Positions 40,823 to 49,469 of a stretch of DNA of 64,000 nt are shown here, piece after piece. Numbering within the stretch: position 1 is the first letter of the stretch; the number at the start of each line of letters is the position of its first letter. The notes below the pieces were generated by a model. That model had not been told where the DNA came from. It was given only the letters and a program-made list of their open reading frames with translations, and did no database searches. The stretch is from Babesia bigemina (lineage: Eukaryota), in the NCBI RefSeq assembly GCF_000981445.1, contig NC_027218.1, positions 1,860,001 through 1,924,000 on the forward strand. Direction: 5' to 3'. Position numbers and translations under genes: made by a program.

Positions 40823-42985
40823 TCAGGACGAACGGCGTATTTTCACGCCCTGCATATACAGCCTGTCGCGTCCAGTAACCTTCTCGAAAACGAAGATGCG
40901 GTACAGCATGAACGCCTCCCGCTGCTCCGTGGACATCTCCACAGTAGACATCACGCGGAGGTGATGCAACACATTCTCCAACACATTAGCCGTTAGAGAG
41001 CTTTCCAGCTTCCTGAACAGCGCGGGAGCGCGCTCCATGTATTCCGGAAACGTGAACGTCTCCAGTAGGCGGAAGCCGAGGCGGGTGCACAGCTCGGCGA
41101 ACGACCTCCACGGGACGACGTACTCGCTCGCGTCTATGGACTCCATCAAAAAGAAGTGATACTTCAGACCCCATTGGTTCTCTAAGCGGCTGATGAGCGC
41201 ATCAGGCGGGTACGGTTGACCAGTGGCGGCGTCGAACAGTTTTTCCATCGACGCATCTTCCATGGTGACCCTAAAGATGGAATTGCCGAAGTCCCATCGT
41301 TGCCCCGCATCGTCCGACGTTTGATGCGGCGGGTTGGCAATCAGGCCCTTTGCGATGGCATTGCAGCACACAGTGCTGCCAATGAAAATCCCCTTATCAC
41401 CCAGCGCCTGGTGGATGTGGCGCAGCATCATGCTCGCGCTGGCCTCGTCGGAGATTATGTAGTGGATGGCCAGCTGCATGGACACCACGTCGAACTTCTT
41501 GTTCCTCACATACGTGGCGTACACCCTGTCGTCCAGCAGGTTGCCATGATGGAATTCCGCTTTGAAACGGAAACGGCGACCGCGCAACTGCTCAGAGTAG
41601 CGGCGGCGGGCCTCCATAATCTCGGACAGCGATATGTCGATGCCCATCACGTGACTTATGCCCACGGTAGCGTACTTATCCAGGTCCTGGCAGTGCCCGC
41701 AGGCGAGGTCCAGGACGGTGTCTTTGCGCCGAACGTAGCACGCGATCATCACACGTTTCACCAGGTTGTTGTGGCGCCGGAGCGCTTCGATGGCCGAGCC
41801 CTTTTGGCGCACCAGCTTGCGCGTGTCGTAGTGGAACTGCACGGCCTCGGCAGTGTCACCGAAAAGATTAGGGTAAAAGTCGGCAGTGGGCACCTCATCC
41901 ACCGACATCGAGTCGAAGCTGTCGAGGATCATGCGGAGGTTGCTGTGCACCAGCGACACTATGTAGCCGAACCGATTTGCCTTGCACTCCGTCAACCGCT
42001 GAAACTGTTTACCCAGCTGGGAACCGTGCACAGATAGCTGCACATAGTGGCGACGCCCGTCCTCAACAACCTCGCGGTCGAAAAACGGGAAGGCCGACAT
42101 GTCTGAGTGCTTGCTGACCAGGCACGTCGTGAAACACTCAAAAAGCCGCTCGATGGGCAGCTGCGTCATTTCGTCGTTCAGAACAACGTCCCAGTGGTCG
42201 ACGATGTTCAGCTCCCACCTGACGAGTTTCTCTTCACTCACGGCAGTCGTCTTGTAGTTGCGCATGTATCGGAAGCACAACTTCAGGGTCATGCCCAGGC
42301 CGACGCCATCGCTTTCATCTTCTTTAGCGACGGCTGAGGATGTCTGGAGCCGATAGTGGTATTGCGATTGCGGCCGATAGACGTGCATGGTGTTCAGCAC
42401 GTTATGATCACAGCACTGCATCTCGGAAAGGCGCAGGCCCTCGTCGGTGCTGTACGGCACCCGGTATATCCGGGTGTGGTGGAAGCCCTCCAAAGCGTCC
42501 CCCGGGGTGCGCTGGTCCACGTTAGACGACGATACTATTTCCACCTCGACGTGGTCGGAGTCTGGCGCGAGCCGGTGACCACCAGCCTGGTTGGTAAACA
42601 TGTCCATGTACAGTGCGTTAATGCACGTCGGAGGCACCTCCGGTATGAAGGCCACCTTCGAATCATTGTTGTCGAGCACGCACTCAGTCTCGACGGGGAG
42701 GACGATGTCGCGGTTCTGCGTGAGACCCATCAGCCGCCCAATGTGAAAGACGCATCGAACGGAGAGTGGATCACGAGTGCATGCCATGCTCTCCCTCACC
42801 AAACGCTCAACCGCGCCACTTACAGTTGCAGCGGAGTTCGAAACTCCGAAAACCGAGCATCCCTCTATGGCGAGAGGGTTGGAGCGAGTTGTTAGGACCC
42901 TAGGAGTGCGCCTTTTGGGGGCGGTATCGACTGGCGACGGCAGCGGCTCAGCCGAGCCACTCTTCTTTGGAATCTTTAGCTCCAT
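40823..42985 (-). CDS. mRNA cap guanine-N7 methyltransferase with N-terminal Cet1-like (TTM) domain
   Basis: C-half: VQFHYD, LRRHNNLVKRVMI, VLDLACGHCQDLDKY, GIDIS...EARRRY, FDVVSMQLAIHY, GIFIGS, YHFFL.ESID.SEYVV, LYRIFVFEK (Abd1/RNMT family). N-half resembles RNA triphosphatase (see findings). Confidence 0.9.
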   Translation of the reverse strand: MELKIPKKSGSAEPLPSPVDTAPKRRTPRVLTTRSNPLAIEGCSVFGVSNSAATVSGAVERLVRESMACTRDPLSVRCVFHIGRLMGLTQNRDIVLPVETECVLDNNDSKVAFIPEVPPTCINALYMDMFTNQAGGHRLAPDSDHVEVEIVSSSNVDQRTPGDALEGFHHTRIYRVPYSTDEGLRLSEMQCCDHNVLNTMHVYRPQSQYHYRLQTSSAVAKEDESDGVGLGMTLKLCFRYMRNYKTTAVSEEKLVRWELNIVDHWDVVLNDEMTQLPIERLFECFTTCLVSKHSDMSAFPFFDREVVEDGRRHYVQLSVHGSQLGKQFQRLTECKANRFGYIVSLVHSNLRMILDSFDSMSVDEVPTADFYPNLFGDTAEAVQFHYDTRKLVRQKGSAIEALRRHNNLVKRVMIACYVRRKDTVLDLACGHCQDLDKYATVGISHVMGIDISLSEIMEARRRYSEQLRGRRFRFKAEFHHGNLLDDRVYATYVRNKKFDVVSMQLAIHYIISDEASASMMLRHIHQALGDKGIFIGSTVCCNAIAKGLIANPPHQTSDDAGQRWDFGNSIFRVTMEDASMEKLFDAATGQPYPPDALISRLENQWGLKYHFFLMESIDASEYVVPWRSFAELCTRLGFRLLETFTFPEYMERAPALFRKLESSLTANVLENVLHHLRVMSTVEMSTEQREAFMLYRIFVFEKVTGRDRLYMQGVKIRRSS

Positions 42986-43480
42986 TGTTTAAGACATCCG
43001 TATCCGTGGTTAGGGTCTTCAACGGTGCCTCTCCGAGGCAAAAATCACAGCAGCGATGTGCCGGCCGGCGACCGTACAACGAGAGTGACCAATGCCCACA
43101 TCTCCCCTAGGATGCCACACCTGCGTGTCGAGTGGTGTGTATATTCGCAAGCACTTGTTGCTGGGCCGAACTGCACTGCTTGTCGTCACTCGTGTCTAAA
43201 CCAGTGTCACGGCGTTACACCACAACACACCACCTTGAGCACGCGTTTAAGGCCAAAACCATCTCAAACGCAATTTGGCAATCGGCTAACCGTTTATCCT
43301 GCCATAATAGCGGGATACACATCTCTGGTTGTCGTACATTTCCGTCTCTGGCGGATGTGTCATCGCGCAAGACAGCAGTCTGCTTTCGGAGCCGCCATGC
43401 TGCTATTAGAGACCTGTGCTTGAATATTATCCACAGGCTCGTATATTCTTAATTGGGGCTCTTTTCGGTACTTTGGTACG

Positions 43481-44116
43481 ATGCAGATTACTGTTTGCCG
43501 GGCTCTGCTCGCTGCAGCAGCGGCCTCGTGTTTCGGATTTAAATCTGCCTATGCAGGTTACCTGGATGTCGCTACGCTCATCACCGCGAACAAGCGGCTC
43601 TGTCTGACGGAGCCGATTAAAAAGGAGATGTACACCCACATCGCCGTACACGCCTTCGACGTTAGGCAGGAACAGGGTATCGCGATTACAATTAAGGAAG
43701 AGGGAGCTGATAAGCCCATATATGAAGAGAGCAACCTAATCAAGCACCTATCCGTGTCATTTACTGCCATACACGGTATATCGGTGATCTGCTGCATCAC
43801 TGCTCCGCACTATGACATATACGTCGGGGTTTCCATCAAGTCGGGAGCCGATGCCAGGGACTACTCTATTATCGCCAAGAGTTCCCACTTGGACCCCGTC
43901 GATGCACACTTGCAAAACGCCATCGACGAGTTCAGCGCGTTCCACAAGGCGCAACTCACCGGAAGCCGCTCCATGGACCGCACCAGCAAAAAGGCAGCCG
44001 ACGCCTACTACATGCTTACCAAGTTCGCCATTGCAAACAGTGTTTTTGTGGTCATCTCCACCATATGCTTTATTCTGTACTTCAGAAGCTTCTTCCTGTC
44101 GAAGAAGGTGATGTGA
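43481..44116 (+). CDS. p24/emp24/TMED GOLD-domain cargo receptor (delta-like)
   Basis: Signal peptide, GOLD Cys pair, GADARDYSIIAKSSHLDPV, C-terminal TM and YFRSFFLSKKVM (FF + dilysine). Confidence 0.9.
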   Translation: MQITVCRALLAAAAASCFGFKSAYAGYLDVATLITANKRLCLTEPIKKEMYTHIAVHAFDVRQEQGIAITIKEEGADKPIYEESNLIKHLSVSFTAIHGISVICCITAPHYDIYVGVSIKSGADARDYSIIAKSSHLDPVDAHLQNAIDEFSAFHKAQLTGSRSMDRTSKKAADAYYMLTKFAIANSVFVVISTICFILYFRSFFLSKKVM

Positions 44117-44350
44117 CCGGTATGATTACAGCCTTTAATTATCAGTAAAATTCATTTTGCGTTGGTGATGACATGGTGATGAAGTATCTTGTATAATTAT
44201 ATGCATAATGGATAAATTGCGTACTCCATGTGTCTGGCTAGCTCCATTGAGGTAAGTGGATTCATGACCAAAGCATGTCATCGCCTGCAGAAAAATACAA
44301 GGTCGAGATAGTGTGGAAAACGGGGCATCTGATGGGATTACGTTCGGGTT

Positions 44351-47300
44351 TTATAGGTTGGTTGTGCGGAGAATACGTGGATTGGTGAGGCAGTTGAGGT
44401 AGGAGGACAGTGTAAGCAAGGGGTCGTCACCGCCGCAGCTGGGAGTGAGGATGGTGGAAATGACACTGCCGGATTGCGATAGATTAGGCAGATCTTCATC
44501 CCTGAATCCCATTCTCACCCTGCTCTTGAGGCACAGGTTGCAAGGGTCGAAGAGGTGCGTCTCGAAGTCGGAGTCCCAGTCGTCAGTCAGGAACGCCTGG
44601 AGGGGGGAGTTGAGAGAAGTTATGTCGCTGCCGTACTCATCATTTTTCCAACCACCACTTAGTTTATCCCGATTACACTGCGACTTGAGGAACTCCAACT
44701 GGTAGTGGCAGGCGTACACGTAGTCACGCAGCTGGCAGAGGAGAGAGGCGGCGTCGGGGGAGTAACAAAACTTAGTATATTCTGATTTGAAGTCGAAGGT
44801 TGAAAACGCTTTGAAGTCATTGTTATGCCTAATTTTGTAGATAACGGTGGCTGAGTAGAGACACGCCTCGGTCAGTTTGGAGGTGACCATGGAGGCGGTC
44901 AGCGCGGTGGGATATCCGGTGACCTCGATGGCATATGGAGACTGGGAAGCATCATTGCTGATATCATTCAAAATGCTTTTAATATGGCTTTCAATCTTAG
45001 CAATAAGTCCTTGTGTATTTAATCCAACAAACCAGTAGAGCATTTCCCGGACGGTTCGAGGCGGGGGCAGATGGTCGGTGACTGGGACTGAGGAGGGGGG
45101 TGGGTTGATTATATCAGTGGAGGAAGTGTCAACGGACCAGGGGTTAAGACATTCATCTGTGCTAAATGGGTTAATTACACGTTCACTTGCCTTCCGTGGA
45201 GAGTCACTAGGCATCCCGGGATCTTCATAGCCGTCAAGCCCGATACGTTCCGGCGCAAAGTTCAGATCGAAATTAGTGTTAGGCAGGCCTGAGAAGCCTT
45301 CGTCGTCTGAAGGTTTTAACTCGTCTTTAAGGATATCCGCCGTGTTGGCATAAGGGTCATCTAGGTCTATGTCATATGACGAATCCTGTAGTGGACGTTT
45401 TGGGACGTCTATTTGGATGTCAAATTGCATTTCATCAACACGTAGAGGGGCACTAGAAATGTCAAACTGTGAATCCTTGAACGCACGTATGCGATCAGCG
45501 TCTACTTGTGCAGCTTGCATTAATTTTTTTTGTTCTTCGTTTATGTGATCTGATTCTTGTTTAAGCGCTAACAATTCACGTTCACGTTGTGCATTTTGCG
45601 AACCTTGTTTCAGCTCCTCATTTTGAAAATTTAGGAGATCCTGCTCTTGGCGCTTCATTGTGAAACTATCCTCTATTTCTTGTCCTTCCAGATGGTGTAT
45701 GTCTCCGGCGTCTAGCGAAATGGCAGTCGGAATCTGGGATATATCCACTTGCCCGTTAGTACCAACAACCGGGTGACCGGCTACACCAGCCATTGTTTTC
45801 ATGATATTGTCGTTAAATGTAACGGCTGATGCGTATTCTACCGAAGCATCATCATCATCTCCATAAGGTTTCGAAGTTGGTGGAAAACGTGACGTGCGAG
45901 GATCTTGTTTGAAAGCAGAAATAATGTTGCCTGTGAGTTCCGGTGTCGACAACGTCGCTACGTTACTATCACCGACAATTTGAGCCGTCTGCAGTTTATT
46001 TGAGGTACCGGTTACATTCAACATTTTCTCAACTGTTTGGTCGTCAACGGTTGCTATGAATGGGTATTTAGATGGAATATAGTAATGGTGACCAGAATAT
46101 TCGGAAAGCGCGATAGGTGGCAATGGAGAACGTTGCTTAGGGTTAGGAATAACCTGAACTTTAGGTTTCTGTGGTAAGCTCAACTCAATGTTATACACGC
46201 CTGGGAACGGCATCATAGGTATTACACTTCCACCAACAGATATATCGTCAGGCTTCAACGTAGAATCTCGTTGATCGTTTGTCGACGGATTCTCTTCTAC
46301 AGGAGGTGGAATCATACCCAACCTATTCTCACGACTGGGATGGTAACTAACAGGTGGAGCAGGAACGGCGATCGAGGCTGTAGGCATTCCTATCACATCA
46401 GACACATGTGACTTCGTAGATGGAACTGCTTCGACCGGTGGAATCTCACCCCGCCCAAATTCGTCACCGTAGAAAGCGACTACTGCACGGTCAGTATCAG
46501 ATATCATTCTGCCGTCAACATCACTTAATGTGTGGCGATACACTTTGTCTACATCCATATGTGCTCTCGGTTTTGTGTTAGTGATCACAGAGCCTTCTAG
46601 GGCCAACAATTGCTCTTGTTGCATTTGACGCAATTCACTCGGATATTGATCATGTATTTGCTGAGGCTTTCGTTCCATCGATTCGAGTGTTTCCCGCTGA
46701 TCGTTTACTACTTCCTTGCGATAAGCTCTCGCGTCCTTCCTACCTTGATTTACTTCTTGCTTTTGTTGTGCCTCTTGCTCCTCTATCCTTATTTGTTCCA
46801 TTCGTTTGTCGTATTCCCGTTGTTGTTCGTCCCACTTCTTATTGCGTTTTTCTTGTTCATTATAATCAGCTTGGCGTACACAGTACGTACCGCCATCACG
46901 CCAAAGTTTAATCTTCATGAACCCCTTGGAGCTTGGACAATTGTCAACAGGAACTTGAGGGTTTTCACCCTGATGACCGGGGCCACCACTTCCTCCGTTA
47001 CCTACATCGCCAACTGAACCAGCACCTGGAGTATTGGACGCCGTACCATTGGCGTCTCCATTTGCCTGAGCCTTTTGGACACCTGGTTGACCAGCGTCAG
47101 AAACATCCGCCTGCCCACCCGGGCCCGGACCACTACTGGGACCAGTAGCACCAGGTGACCCGGAGTCTGGACTTTGAACACTTGAACTCTGAGTTCGTAC
47201 CGCCTGTGAAACCGGTGAAATAGAAGTATTTGCTACACTGTGATCATTTCCTTGATTTTGATTTCCCTCCGCTTTCTTGCCCTGGTTCTGTGCACTCTCC

Positions 47301-48721
47301 GCTTTCTTGCCCTGATTTTGATTACCTGCAGAATTTATTTCTAGTGGCACTTCCGGCTTTTTGGGAGCTGCTACTTTCTTCTCTGGCACTACTTCCTTTG
47401 GGGTCTCGGGAACCTTGGCAGGTGGAGCCTCAACTTTTTCAGGTTCAGGGGAAGCATCTTCATCTTCTAACTTTTTATCATCATTATGTTCTTCGTCGCC
47501 TTTCTGTGGGCACAATTCACCGTCCAAAATTGTTGTTAGGCGATCCAAACCGCCGCCTGTATTACGAAGCATACTAATTACTTCTTGCCAATTTTTAAAC
47601 AAATCCGCATACTGAGTGCTTCGGGTTTCATACTTGTTGGAATAAAATGTGAATTCATATTGGAAAAAGTTATCCGTGAAATAGTCCGCAAACGCTTTTG
47701 ACTGAGTAGGAAGTAAAACATTGATATTACGAAACAATTTACTATTAAAATTGACTTTCGTGGTGTCAAAAGGTTGAATCTTTTCTAACTTCATCTTAAT
47801 AATTTTCAAATTGTTTCTCAACCAGGCCGCAGTCGTCTGAGCAAAATTTTCATTGCTGAGATCTTTAGGTTCTCGTCCGTAACCGGTAAATGAAAAGCGT
47901 TGGTCGGTGAAAATTTTGCTAAATTCGGTTTTAAGCGTTTCACAATGTGCTTTCAAATTATCCCAACATATGGAGGCTCCTCTTGTTACTAAGTCCTGAT
48001 TTAATTTTTTAATTAACTCTCCACCTCTCTGATTATTCTCATTTTTTACGATGTCGCAAAACGATCGCACTAATGCAAGAACATTCGCGGTATTGGAATC
48101 GTGTGTCCCGTAATCTGGGATTACCGAAGTGGAGAAAACATCGAGAAAAAAATTGTGAGTAGTGGAATATTTATTCAGAATGTCTGTTATATGCTTCAAT
48201 AAATGTTTGCCTTGTATATAGCCATGGTATGTATCCCAATTTTTAACCTCGCCTTGCTTGAATCCACCAGGAATTACGCCGTATTGTTGCTCCTTGTATG
48301 TCGCATAGAGATACTTGTCAAGTGGCTCGTTATGATAATACGCAACATATTTTTCTGCCCACTCCCCGCCGCCAACTGCTTTAAAATTTACATCTACGTT
48401 GTACCGCAAAAAGTACAATGAGGCGAAGAATTTTGGAATGCATTGAAGAAGAGCGTTAAGAACATCAATAGGTTGTGTGCCTCCATAACTGCCCGACTGT
48501 GCGTTGCTGCATAATTTCTTATGAAACGTGTTTACTTTAGTGAGGAAAGCGGATAATGCAGATGCGATTTTACCTGTATTTGCATCATTATATTTGTATT
48601 TAAGACGGTCAGCCAGTGCGGTAGCAACCTGAGGTTGTATACTCTTTCCCTTCCCACTATACAACCACTCCAGGAACTGAAGACAGTCCTTAAGAGTGTC
48701 TAACCTAATAGATGTCGCCAT
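44351..48721 (-). CDS. VESA-like paralog, 3'-truncated (no TM/tail); possible pseudogene
   Basis: ATG at 48721 (MATSIRLDTLKDCLQFLEWL); PPRTVREMLYWF and SPLQAFLTD as in 5812-10800. Homology stops at LNCLT (~44385), where the paralog continues RRTPRTTGELV... for ~280 aa including the TM. Confidence 0.8.
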   Translation of the reverse strand: MATSIRLDTLKDCLQFLEWLYSGKGKSIQPQVATALADRLKYKYNDANTGKIASALSAFLTKVNTFHKKLCSNAQSGSYGGTQPIDVLNALLQCIPKFFASLYFLRYNVDVNFKAVGGGEWAEKYVAYYHNEPLDKYLYATYKEQQYGVIPGGFKQGEVKNWDTYHGYIQGKHLLKHITDILNKYSTTHNFFLDVFSTSVIPDYGTHDSNTANVLALVRSFCDIVKNENNQRGGELIKKLNQDLVTRGASICWDNLKAHCETLKTEFSKIFTDQRFSFTGYGREPKDLSNENFAQTTAAWLRNNLKIIKMKLEKIQPFDTTKVNFNSKLFRNINVLLPTQSKAFADYFTDNFFQYEFTFYSNKYETRSTQYADLFKNWQEVISMLRNTGGGLDRLTTILDGELCPQKGDEEHNDDKKLEDEDASPEPEKVEAPPAKVPETPKEVVPEKKVAAPKKPEVPLEINSAGNQNQGKKAESAQNQGKKAEGNQNQGNDHSVANTSISPVSQAVRTQSSSVQSPDSGSPGATGPSSGPGPGGQADVSDAGQPGVQKAQANGDANGTASNTPGAGSVGDVGNGGSGGPGHQGENPQVPVDNCPSSKGFMKIKLWRDGGTYCVRQADYNEQEKRNKKWDEQQREYDKRMEQIRIEEQEAQQKQEVNQGRKDARAYRKEVVNDQRETLESMERKPQQIHDQYPSELRQMQQEQLLALEGSVITNTKPRAHMDVDKVYRHTLSDVDGRMISDTDRAVVAFYGDEFGRGEIPPVEAVPSTKSHVSDVIGMPTASIAVPAPPVSYHPSRENRLGMIPPPVEENPSTNDQRDSTLKPDDISVGGSVIPMMPFPGVYNIELSLPQKPKVQVIPNPKQRSPLPPIALSEYSGHHYYIPSKYPFIATVDDQTVEKMLNVTGTSNKLQTAQIVGDSNVATLSTPELTGNIISAFKQDPRTSRFPPTSKPYGDDDDASVEYASAVTFNDNIMKTMAGVAGHPVVGTNGQVDISQIPTAISLDAGDIHHLEGQEIEDSFTMKRQEQDLLNFQNEELKQGSQNAQRERELLALKQESDHINEEQKKLMQAAQVDADRIRAFKDSQFDISSAPLRVDEMQFDIQIDVPKRPLQDSSYDIDLDDPYANTADILKDELKPSDDEGFSGLPNTNFDLNFAPERIGLDGYEDPGMPSDSPRKASERVINPFSTDECLNPWSVDTSSTDIINPPPSSVPVTDHLPPPRTVREMLYWFVGLNTQGLIAKIESHIKSILNDISNDASQSPYAIEVTGYPTALTASMVTSKLTEACLYSATVIYKIRHNNDFKAFSTFDFKSEYTKFCYSPDAASLLCQLRDYVYACHYQLEFLKSQCNRDKLSGGWKNDEYGSDITSLNSPLQAFLTDDWDSDFETHLFDPCNLCLKSRVRMGFRDEDLPNLSQSGSVISTILTPSCGGDDPLLTLSSYLNCLTNPRILRTTNL

Positions 48722-49120
48722 CCTCTCCACCTCCAATCACCTACCAATCCACTCTCACAAATCTCCTCGTCTGGCCTCCAGTACCACGTGAACTGGGAAG
48801 CACTAGAGTGATCACACCTCTAAGGTGACACTGCTTAATACAGCATGGCACACAACTAAGTGTGCTCGGTGAAAGAGCTATGAAGTAAGGCGCTGAATAA
48901 CACCAATACGCACCATACTAAGACAATGACACACCTAAACCATATTGCAAAATCCATGAACCATCACAAGAACCTGAGACATCCTACTCACTTGAGGATG
49001 GGAGGCGGTAAGCCAGGGCAGCCATGCTGGAGTGAAAGGAAGGAGCATGATTGGAGAAAGGCGTTATCAACAAGGATTGTGGATGTAGATGGAGCGGTGA
49101 ATACGGACATTTGATTAGAC

Positions 49121-49314
49121 GTTAGGTGAGGCGGTATGTCAGCTACTAGGTCAAGCACCAGGTTAGCGTTTAGGTCACTCAGTATGTCAGTTACTTAGTC
49201 AGCTACTAGGTCACCACTTAGGTCACTCATTAGGTCAGCGTTTAGGTCATTCAGTAGGTGAGCGTTTAGTTCTGTCACTAGGTCATTGTTGAGGTCAGTC
49301 ACTAGGTCAGCCAT
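49121..49314. repeat. degenerate 12-bp minisatellite (TAGGTCA core)
   Basis: Repeated (a/t)(c/t)taggtca units at 12-nt period, ~15 copies; the minus strand reads MADLVTDLNNDLVTELNAHLLNDLNADL... Confidence 0.8.
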
Positions 49315-49469
49315 TTGAACAGATTGTTCGTCAGTGTCATGGGTATACAAGAGATCACAGTGGCAGTGAGCGAAACCGTCATCCACAACCAGTCTACAAC
49401 GCATCAAAAGACACAATAAAACACTTCTAATCACAACACGTACAATGTACTATGTAACTGCGATAATTA

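Noticed and set aside
49121..49314. Telomeric repeat
   Set aside because: Period is 12 with a TAGGTCA core, not tandem TT(T/C)AGGG.
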